A stretch of 12,065 nucleotides of DNA from a virus, in IMG/VR virus record IMGVR_UViG_3300029507_000087; one strand, 5' to 3'. The translations under genes and the position numbers were made by a program. Of the stretch, positions 5,732-12,065 are shown piece after piece; the stretch's first letter is position 1; each line of letters begins with the position of its first letter. Under the pieces are notes generated by a model that saw only the letters and a program-made list of their open reading frames with translations, did not search any database and was not told where the DNA came from.

Positions 5732-8422
5732 TTATTCAAATGGAAGAGCTTGTATCTTTAGATTTACTGGAGAATCAGTTTCCCAACCATACATTTTATT
5801 CTTTGATTTTTCAGGATCTTTAACATCTAAAAATCTTCCTGTTTTAATTTCATAATTCCAATATGCTTTTAAATTTATATCTCCAAATTCTCTGTCTTTT
5901 AAATTTTTAGCCCCAACACTAGCCTTAATTCCTTTTTCTCTTAAAAACTCTTCCTCTTTTTCTGTTAATCTTTTTAAGAATATTGCATAATTTGCTAAGT
6001 TTATAATTTCACTAGCTCCAGATACAACTCCCATATCTGCATCTTCTAAATTCACTATGGAGTTTTTTCTTGGATGTGCTACAACTGCTATTGTTACCTG
6101 TTTAGACTTTGCAAATTCTTGTAATTCAATAAATAAATCTCTTTGTTTGTCATATTTGTCAGATGAACTACCTTCAAGATTTATAGTCATTAGGTTGTCT
6201 ATAAAAAAGTTTTCAACTCCATATTTTTTATATGCTGCTTGCATACTCTTTAAAAGTTCTGCTCTTTTTGGAACTTGGTTTTTATGGATATACAGTTTTC
6301 CCTTTAACCAAGTATTTATTTTTTCTTCTACCTGTTTGGAAACTCTTCCATAAATTTTATCTTTAAAAATATTTTTTACAGTTTCTATATGACTAGGACG
6401 ACATAAAATTTTCATTATGTTTTGTTTAAATTTATTTGGAGTAAATTCACCTTGCATGGTATAAACCTTTTCTCCAATATCAATAACATTGCACATTAAC
6501 ATATTTAAAAAAGCTGATTTACCTGAACCTGGATTACCAGTAATTAATATTACTTCTCCTTTTCTTTTTCCACCTGTTAGTGCATTAAATGCTCTGTCCC
6601 CCCAATCTTTAGCTTCTTGATTAATATTTCCATCAACTTCTGCTATATCTATGACTTCTGCTTGTATAATTTCTTCTATTCTGTTTTCAAGAATATTTTT
6701 TAATTTTATTTTCCCTTGTTCCTCTGATAGGACTTCATTTGGGTCTTTATAAAACATGAGATCAACTCTAAAGATTTTACATTTTTCTCCTTGAAGTCTA
6801 TCACTTATTGTTTTTAGAGCTGTTTCTCCTGCTTTATCATTATCCATTATCAAAACAATTTCTTTAAACTTTTCTAACCACTCATAATGTAGTTCTATCC
6901 ACTCTTGTGAATTAGTTCCATTTGGAACAGAAACAACATTTTCATAACCTATTTCCATGAGAGAAAGCATATCACAATTTCCTGTTACAGTTATTTTTCC
7001 GTTTATTCTAACAAGTAACATCCCTGTTGGTACAGTTACACAATAAACTTCTCCTTTGTATTTTTCTCTTTTTGATTTATCTCTTTGCCAACTCACACTT
7101 TGTTTATTAAGCAATATTGATGTTTTATACCATTCTCCAAATTTATTTTTTCTTTTTATTATAGTCGACATATAGCCACAAGTATGAGCTATTGCCTGTA
7201 CTATCTCATTTTCTTCTAATAATTTTGAACTAAATTCATATTGATTTTTTCCTTTAACTTCATTTCCATCCCAGTTTTTCAATTCTTCAATAAAAAATTT
7301 TCTCTCTTCCAAATTCATTTTATAAACCCATTCTTTTGGTAAGCCTTTCTTTATTGTTGAACTTATAAAATTAAAAGTTGTATATCCATACTCTTTTTCA
7401 AAACTTGTATATTGGATATTTAATCTTTCCAATAATTCCTTTAATCTTTGAATTTTTCTTTGTTTTTTCAATCCAAAATGAAAGTAATTATCACCATTTT
7501 TTCTAACATCCCATTTGCTATCTGCACTTACTGCAATTATCAATGCTATTTCATCTTTTGAAAGCCCTGTTCCTTCACCATTGAAATTTATAACAGTTGG
7601 AATAACACCATTGATACCTTTAGCCACTTTTTCAACAGGCATTTTTTTAATAGTGCCATTTTGATTAATTACTATATTGTGACCTTTTGTAGAAGTATGT
7701 TCCCAATTATTTCTGCCACTTCTCATAACAATTAATTCATCATCTATATATTTTTTTATTTTTGCCAAAGGTTTAACAAAAGTGCCAGAAAAATTATTTT
7801 CAACTTGTAATACTTTTTCATCTTTAAGCATATCAAATCTTATGAACCCTTTTTCTGTAAATACTTGAACATCTCCTTTAAAGCATTCTCCCTCAGTGAT
7901 ATAGAGCCTTTCTGCATCTTTGGGAACTCTGTCCCAGTTAAGCAAAGTCATTACAGAACCTGGTTCTGCCCATATTTTTTTCTTTTCTCCATCTTTAGGA
8001 ATTGTTCTGTATTTAACTCCTATTAGCACTCCCATTCTATTTGTATAAAAAAAGCTAAGAGCACCTTTTTTATTACTTAAAACTCTAGCTTTTTTAGCTG
8101 TTTCATATGATATTCCCCTTTTATTCAAGTAGCTAATCATACTATTTGTCATAGGTTCAAAATCTGTAGATTTTAAAACTATTTTTTTGCTATTATCATC
8201 TAAAGCAGTGACAGTCTTACTTTCAACATTATCTAGCTTGAAATAACCTTTAGCTCCACAACTGCTTTGTCTATTGCAAATATAAGCTCCTGTTTCTAAA
8301 TTTACCAAGAACCTATTCTTACTATTTTCATGTTTACAAAATGGGCATAAATCCAATACTGCCTCTTTTCCTTTAACCTCAAATTTATATCCATTTTGAT
8401 TTAAATATTCTAATACTGTCAT
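5732..8422 (-). CDS. phage bifunctional primase-helicase (T7 gp4/Twinkle-like) precursor containing an intein
   Basis: Zinc-binding CPFC...C-x4-C at N-terminus; TOPRIM motif YITEGE|CDMLSLMEIGYENVVSVPNG interrupted by intein; Walker A GEVILITGNPGSGKS; Walker B VENFFIDNL; DnaB-like GASEIINLANYAIFLKR. Spliced product would be 593 aa. Confidence 0.93.
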   Translation of the reverse strand: MTVLEYLNQNGYKFEVKGKEAVLDLCPFCKHENSKNRFLVNLETGAYICNRQSSCGAKGYFKLDNVESKTVTALDDNSKKIVLKSTDFEPMTNSMISYLNKRGISYETAKKARVLSNKKGALSFFYTNRMGVLIGVKYRTIPKDGEKKKIWAEPGSVMTLLNWDRVPKDAERLYITEGECFKGDVQVFTEKGFIRFDMLKDEKVLQVENNFSGTFVKPLAKIKKYIDDELIVMRSGRNNWEHTSTKGHNIVINQNGTIKKMPVEKVAKGINGVIPTVINFNGEGTGLSKDEIALIIAVSADSKWDVRKNGDNYFHFGLKKQRKIQRLKELLERLNIQYTSFEKEYGYTTFNFISSTIKKGLPKEWVYKMNLEERKFFIEELKNWDGNEVKGKNQYEFSSKLLEENEIVQAIAHTCGYMSTIIKRKNKFGEWYKTSILLNKQSVSWQRDKSKREKYKGEVYCVTVPTGMLLVRINGKITVTGNCDMLSLMEIGYENVVSVPNGTNSQEWIELHYEWLEKFKEIVLIMDNDKAGETALKTISDRLQGEKCKIFRVDLMFYKDPNEVLSEEQGKIKLKNILENRIEEIIQAEVIDIAEVDGNINQEAKDWGDRAFNALTGGKRKGEVILITGNPGSGKSAFLNMLMCNVIDIGEKVYTMQGEFTPNKFKQNIMKILCRPSHIETVKNIFKDKIYGRVSKQVEEKINTWLKGKLYIHKNQVPKRAELLKSMQAAYKKYGVENFFIDNLMTINLEGSSSDKYDKQRDLFIELQEFAKSKQVTIAVVAHPRKNSIVNLEDADMGVVSGASEIINLANYAIFLKRLTEKEEEFLREKGIKASVGAKNLKDREFGDINLKAYWNYEIKTGRFLDVKDPEKSKNKMYGWETDSPVNLKIQALPFE
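6977..7885 (-). other. intein (303 aa, C180-N482) with LAGLIDADG-like endonuclease domain
   Basis: Starts CFKGDVQVFTEKGFIRFDML (block A), TSTKGHNIVI (block B-like), core LSKDEIALIIAVSADSKW and RKFFIEELKNWDGNE (LAGLIDADG-like pair), ends GEVYCVTVPTGMLLVRINGKITVTGN|C (blocks F/G). Codon boundaries checked: TGC at 7885-7883, AAT at 6979-6977, +1 TGT at 6976-6974. Confidence 0.93.
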
Positions 8423-8430
8423 TTATCCTC

Positions 8431-9285
8431 CTAAACAAAATCTAAAAGAGCATCATTTTCTGCTATTTTCTTTTTCTCTTCCTGAATTTTCTTAGCTTCA
8501 ACCTGCTTTTTCCGTTCTACTTGTTTTTCGAGATATTCAGAATCTAAACTGTAATTATATTTAATAGCTGAAAATATCCACCCTTCACCTTTATCATATT
8601 TTTGAGCAAATTTAATAACAGCTTTTATTCTTTCAATAGGTTTTCCAAGTTTAGCTATGCTTTCTGGTGAAATACCAGTAAAAGAAGCTAACAGCATTCT
8701 TACTGTTTGATAGTATGCTCCTGAATTGGAAGTTTCTTTATTCTCCTCCTCTACTTCCATTACAGAAGAAGAAATTTTCTCCTCTTTCTCTCTTTCTTTA
8801 TAATCAACTATAGAAGAATTAGTTATAGAAGAATCTTTGATAGGACAATTTGTCCCTAGGGGTATGGACATTTTGTCCCCACCCTCATGACAATTTGTCC
8901 TTAGGGGTGATAACATTTTATCCATAGCTCCATTATCATTTGAATATTCAGTTAAAGAAGCATAATTTTTACCAAAGGCAATATATAAGTATTTCCCTTT
9001 TCTTCCATTTTTCTCAGTTAACAGCTCTTTTTTTAAAATATCTTTTTCAATAAGAGAATTAATTTTTCTAACAAGTGTTTTCTCACTTCCAATAATTGGT
9101 ATTTGTTGATATATATAGCTATATGTACACCACATATATTTATCATCTTTTATAATTTTATATTCCATAGAATTAGAGTTGCTTGTGTATAAATCTCCTA
9201 TAACTCTTAGAATTAATGAAGTTTCCAAATCAATGTTTAATTCATTTAATTTTTTTTGGGAGTAACCATTAATTGTATATTTCAT
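8431..9285 (-). CDS. phage replication initiator/DnaD-like protein
   Basis: 284 aa; N-terminal winged-helix-like region, low-complexity middle coinciding with DNA iterons, C-terminal LLASFTGISPESIAKLGKPIERIKAVIKFAQ...GWIFSAIKYNY segment; immediately upstream of the primase-helicase. Confidence 0.7.
   Translation of the reverse strand: MKYTINGYSQKKLNELNIDLETSLILRVIGDLYTSNSNSMEYKIIKDDKYMWCTYSYIYQQIPIIGSEKTLVRKINSLIEKDILKKELLTEKNGRKGKYLYIAFGKNYASLTEYSNDNGAMDKMLSPLRTNCHEGGDKMSIPLGTNCPIKDSSITNSSIVDYKEREKEEKISSSVMEVEEENKETSNSGAYYQTVRMLLASFTGISPESIAKLGKPIERIKAVIKFAQKYDKGEGWIFSAIKYNYSLDSEYLEKQVERKKQVEAKKIQEEKKKIAENDALLDFV
8843..8923. repeat. four 13-bp iterons, putative replication origin
   Basis: GGACAATTTGTCC (8843-8855), GGACATTTTGTCC (8866-8878), TGACAATTTGTCC (8888-8900), TAACATTTTATCC (8911-8923); start-to-start spacing 23, 22, 23 bp. 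Confidence 0.75.
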
Positions 9286-9953
9286 TAATCCTCACCTCTT
9301 ATTTTTATAAAATCACTTTCTTGTTTAAAAGAATAATTTAAATTTAATGTTGTATCATCATTTTCTTTAGAATCGGAATTTAAACTTGGTTTATATTTTG
9401 CTATATAGTAAAGTTCTAAAATATTGGTATCAGATTTTGTATATGTCTCTTTATATTTCAAATAAAAAGCTTTTCTTTCTTTAGTACTTGTTAAAATTCT
9501 TGATCCCAAATTTTTACTTTTCCCTATATAAATTAATTCTTTATTTTCGTTATATAAAAAATATAATCCTATTAAATATTCCAATTTTTCTAGAGTTTCT
9601 ATAAACTCATTTGTAATTGAATAATCTTCATATTCAAAAAAAGCTATTACTCCTTTGGAAAAATCATCTTCAAAAATATTGTATTTTTTAACTAAAGATT
9701 TTAAATCTCCCTTTTTTTCCGAAAAATCTTTTGCTAAGTGACAGATATCCATTAATTTAGAATAATTTTTTTCTTGTTCAAATTTTAAAAGATATGTAAA
9801 TTTACTCATTATATCCCTAGCTATTTCATTTTCTTTAATTGCTTCTTCTCCTAGCTGCAAAATAACAGATAATACCTTTTCTCCAAATTTTCCATTTTTT
9901 AAACAAAAATTTTGAAGATGTTCTAAAGATTTAAAATAAAAATTTTTTCCCAT
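9285..9953 (-). CDS. protein with C-terminal GIY-YIG nuclease domain
   Basis: C-terminal IGLYFLYNENKELIYIGKSKNLGSRIL...NILELYYIAKYKPSLN is a GIY-YIG signature; ~130 aa N-terminal helical extension of unknown type; CAAAGGAGGATTGAATG start context. Confidence 0.8.
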   Translation of the reverse strand: MGKNFYFKSLEHLQNFCLKNGKFGEKVLSVILQLGEEAIKENEIARDIMSKFTYLLKFEQEKNYSKLMDICHLAKDFSEKKGDLKSLVKKYNIFEDDFSKGVIAFFEYEDYSITNEFIETLEKLEYLIGLYFLYNENKELIYIGKSKNLGSRILTSTKERKAFYLKYKETYTKSDTNILELYYIAKYKPSLNSDSKENDDTTLNLNYSFKQESDFIKIRGED

Positions 9954-10016
9954 TCAATCCTCCTTTGAGGAACTATACCACTAGCTCCCTTTTTTATTTT
10001 ATAGCTACCCACCATT

Positions 10017-10031
10017 TTCTAAGTCTTAGAA
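10017..10031. repeat. 15-bp perfect palindrome in leader of GIY-YIG gene
   Basis: TTCTAAG-T-CTTAGAA. Confidence 0.7.
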
Positions 10032-10068
10032 CTAGTGGCTTGAAAATGATGGACAGGTATAAAACAAA

Positions 10069-10150
10069 AATTTGTCTATAATTTTATTGGTACCCACCAT
10101 AGTGGAGATATCTGGCTCTACCATGATGAATACCAATTCAATTACAAATT
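10069..10150 (-). ncRNA. candidate structured RNA/leader element with nested stems
   Basis: AATTTGT (10069-10075)/ACAAATT (10144-10150); ATTGGTA (10086-10092)/TACCAAT (10131-10137); CCAC (10094-10097)/GTGG (10102-10105). Strand not determined by the sequence. Confidence 0.35.
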
Positions 10151-10629
10151 ATTCTTTTTTATATATTTATAAGTTTTAAAACTAAAGTTTATATATAGCT
10201 GTAACAAGCTAATTTATTCCTAAAATCTATTTTTAAATCTTTCTTAATTAAATACTTGGCTTAATATCTAAAATTTGTTTAAGAAACATTTTAGCTTGTA
10301 TTAAAAAATATAAATGGGGCTTTTTTTACATAGTGCCCCCTTCTATGTGTAATTAAAAAATAAGGTTGCAAAATAATTATTGCATTGAAATTTTTCAGTT
10401 GTCTTTGCTCAGGAAAACTTCAAAACCACACCAGGCCAAGCCTTTTTTTATGTTAAAGGGTTTGCAATGGAAAAACAGCATTTATAGTTTTATGTTTATA
10501 GTGTCAAACCTTTAATGCTCACAAAATTTCACTCGATTTTTTTTAATACTAGCTAACCCCTGCCAGATATTAGAAAAATCTGTAAATCTTGACACTAGGT
10601 ACTTAGGCATCTTTTTGGGAGGGGAAGGA

Positions 10630-10683
10630 ATCGAACCTTCGTGGACTATATCTGACCTTCACCAACTTAGGCTACTACTCCCA
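10630..10683 (-). pseudogene. tRNA-like element without a normal anticodon arm (core; closing stem reaches ~10616)
   Basis: Minus strand GGGAGTAGTAGCCTAAGTTGGTGAAGGTCAGATATAGTCCACGAAGGTTCGATTCCTTCCCCTCCCA: canonical T-arm GAAGG-TTCGATT-CCTTC, D-arm GCCT-AAGTTGGTGA-AGGT, 5-bp GGGAG/CTCCC closing stem, only 14 nt between D- and T-arms. Confidence 0.4.
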
Positions 10684-10689
10684 TATTTT

Positions 10690-10764
10690 GAGCTGTAAAG
10701 AAGTTAGGTATATAACAGGGAGGATTCACCTCCATAAAGTTTTTAGTTTTCTCCTTTACAGCTC
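10690..10764 (-). ncRNA. candidate structured RNA: 14-bp stem around inner hairpin
   Basis: GAGCTGTAAAGAAG (10690-10703) / CTCCTTTACAGCTC (10751-10764): one non-match that becomes a G-U only on the minus strand; inner GGAGG (10719-10723)/CCTCC (10729-10733). Confidence 0.5.
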
Positions 10765-10881
10765 TTTTGTAGTGTAGTTAATAAATGATTTTGTTTTATA
10801 AATTTTAATTTTAGGTCTTTGAAATATCTTCTAAAAGTTCTATGGTCCCATAAGTAGCACCCCCTTATAATTTTTAAATAC

Positions 10882-10931
10882 TACTCTTCTTGAAATATAT
10901 AATTTTATTTTTATATACTTCAAGAAAAGTA
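10882..10931 (-). ncRNA. 21-bp RNA hairpin
   Basis: 10882-10902 pairs with 10911-10931 across an 8-nt loop; two non-Watson-Crick positions, both G-U only when transcribed from the minus strand. Confidence 0.6.
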
Positions 10932-10966
10932 AAATAATGCTTAATTTAAAAAGAACATATTATTTT

Positions 10967-10986
10967 TTATACTGTTTTTCAGTATA
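10967..10986. promoter_or_regulatory. operator-like palindrome
   Basis: TATACTG-TTTTT-CAGTATA (10968-10986); the 14-mer TTATACTGTTTTTC (10967-10980) recurs at 11237-11250. Confidence 0.6.
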
Positions 10987-11214
10987 TTAAAGACAAAAAA
11001 AATTTTCCTTTGTTAATTTTTCAATAATTCTTACTGTTTCAATGTTAATACCATTGCCTTTCTGTAAATTCCTTAATTGCAAAGAAAAAGCTGTTTTAGT
11101 AATATTTAATTCTTTTGCTATTCTTTGTTTTGATATTTTAGTTTTATATAGAGCATTATTTATTTTATTATATAATGCTAAATAAAATTCCTTACTTTCT
11201 TCTTTATTTTCCAT
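10987..11214 (-). CDS. small HTH protein
   Basis: 75 aa; NKINNALYKTKISKQRIAKELNITKTAFSLQLRNLQKG is HTH-like; CAAGGAGGAGTGTATG start context. Confidence 0.65.
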   Translation of the reverse strand: MENKEESKEFYLALYNKINNALYKTKISKQRIAKELNITKTAFSLQLRNLQKGNGINIETVRIIEKLTKENFFCL

Positions 11215-11236
11215 ACACTCCTCCTTGTTTTACATA

Positions 11237-11263
11237 TTATACTGTTTTTCTGGTTAAGTCAAT
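11237..11263 (-). promoter_or_regulatory. promoter/operator of the small HTH gene
   Basis: Minus strand TTGACTTAACCAGAAAAACAGTATAATATG: TATAAT -10 with a TTGAC -35 at slightly short spacing, overlapping the shared GAAAAACAGTATAA repeat. Confidence 0.5.
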
Positions 11264-11299
11264 GTTTTTTTTTAAAATTTTAAAAAAAACTAATATAAT

Positions 11300-11325
11300 A
11301 AAGAGTAGGTAAAAACCTACTCTTT
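11300..11325. terminator. hairpin terminator at end of repressor-like gene
   Basis: AAAGAGTAGGT (11300-11310) / ACCTACTCTTT (11315-11325), perfect 11 bp stem overlapping the stop codon, T-rich on either side. Confidence 0.7.
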
Positions 11326-12065
11326 AAATATTTTTGCTTTTTAATATGGTATTAATTAAAGCTTCTATTAATTTTTGTTCATCTTTTTCTAGTTTAGAAT
11401 AGCCTTTTGGAAATGACACTGTTAAAGCTTTTCGCATATCAATAAATTTATTTTTAATATCTTTTGGTACTAATGTTAAAAAAATATCTTCTCTCTCTTC
11501 TACATTTGTATTTAAACCAAGACATATTTTTTCCATAGTTGATACTTTAGCTTTATTAGCTCCTCTTTCTATTTCACTTATTGTACTAGCATTTACTCCT
11601 GATTTTTCTGATAATTCTTTTATTGTTATATTTCTAGATTCTCTAAGTTGCTTTAATAAGATACTTAATTCTAAAGAATTATTTTTCTCAATTTTTCTTA
11701 TATCTTTTTTTATAATTTGTTTCATTTCTGGAGTTAAAAGAGCATCAGCATAAGCATTTATAACCTTTTCTTTCATTTCTTCATTTGGATTTAAAGTCTT
11801 TAAAATCATGTCTAGTTTTTCTCTTTTAGGAACAACTCCTCTTATACCATTTTCTATATCACTGATATAACCTTGACTTACTCCTGATAAATTCTCAAGC
11901 TTTTTTAAAGAATAACCTTTTTTTTCTCTTAATTCCTTTAATAAATCACCTAATTTTATTTCTTTTTTTAAATTTTTATTTTCACTTAATTGTTCTAATT
12001 TTTTTTGAAATTCTAGAGGTAATCTTCTAAATTTCTCATATTCTTCTATTTCCTTAATTTCATTT
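11324..12065 (-). CDS. tandem-HTH (2x HTH_XRE) repressor-like protein, 5' end beyond window
   Basis: The frame of ORF 11324..11809 stays open to the window edge: NEIKEIEEYEKFRRLPLEFQKKLEQLSENKNLKKEIKLGDLLKELREKKGYSLKKLENLSGVSQGYISDIENGIRRGVVPKREKLD-MILKTLN... giving two XRE HTHs (KLGDLLKELREKKGYSLKKLENLSGVSQGYISDIENG; ELSILLKQLRESRNITIKELSEKSGVNASTISEIERG). Confidence 0.85.
   Translation of the reverse strand, partial: NEIKEIEEYEKFRRLPLEFQKKLEQLSENKNLKKEIKLGDLLKELREKKGYSLKKLENLSGVSQGYISDIENGIRGVVPKREKLDMILKTLNPNEEMKEKVINAYADALLTPEMKQIIKKDIRKIEKNNSLELSILLKQLRESRNITIKELSEKSGVNASTISEIERGANKAKVSTMEKICLGLNTNVEEREDIFLTLVPKDIKNKFIDMRKALTVSFPKGYSKLEKDEQKLIEALINTILKSKNI

Noticed and set aside
6057-6353. 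Plus-strand ORF (98 aa)
   Set aside because: Antisense to the helicase domain of the primase-helicase; no family resemblance or SD.
6977-7885. Intein region as an unusual lineage-specific primase insertion domain
   Set aside because: Splice-block residues at both ends and perfect restoration of the TOPRIM EGECDMLSL motif after removal make an intein the clear explanation.
8843-8923. CRISPR array
   Set aside because: Repeats are 13 bp with similar 9-10 bp spacers inside a coding frame and no cas genes; iterons fit better.
10433-10449. Plus-strand terminator AGGC-CAA-GCCT-T7
   Set aside because: Stem of only 4 bp with a 3-nt loop; too weak to call.
10616-10683. Functional tRNA gene
   Set aside because: Only 14 nt between D and T arms, leaving no canonical 5-7-5 anticodon arm; acceptor stem only 5 bp.
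10600-10990. Full group I intron
   Set aside because: Only an S-like string and a P9-like hairpin seen; no GACUA/R element or P/Q core found by eye, so reported only as a weak lead.
11324-11809. 161-aa ORF boundaries as supplied
   Set aside because: Start is the first in-window ATG only; the frame is open to the window end and encodes another HTH.
1-12065. Insertion sequence or transposon
   Set aside because: No transposase, recombinase or terminal repeats with target duplication recognised in the window.

Overview
AT-rich window (low-GC Firmicute/Fusobacteriota-like) that reads as the early/replication segment of a temperate phage or prophage. Essentially every credible gene is on the minus strand. 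From high to low coordinate the order is: tandem-HTH repressor-like protein (truncated at the window end), small HTH protein, a ~1.03 kb non-coding gap rich in RNA-like inverted repeats, a GIY-YIG protein, a replication-initiator-like protein with four in-gene iterons, a primase-helicase interrupted by a 303-aa intein in its TOPRIM motif, several small ORFs, an AbrB-like regulator behind a palindrome-decorated promoter, a Rha-like protein, a small protein, a three-domain fusion (dUTPase_2/MazG-like + N4 gp49/Sf6 gp66-like + DUF2829/Tad2-like), a DUF1064-like nuclease, a sigma-region-4/HTH-like regulator and small proteins. Best leads: (1) the triple fusion ending in a Tad2-like (Thoeris anti-defence) domain, (2) the TOPRIM intein, (3) the minus-strand structured non-coding region with a 21-bp hairpin, a 14-bp stem and a tRNA-like fold lacking a normal anticodon arm, (4) two matching 'inverted repeat + TATACTnnTCATGGTTAT + terminator' modules pointing against the genes, (5) an iteron array inside the initiator gene. 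All family calls are from recognising motifs by eye; no database search was run.
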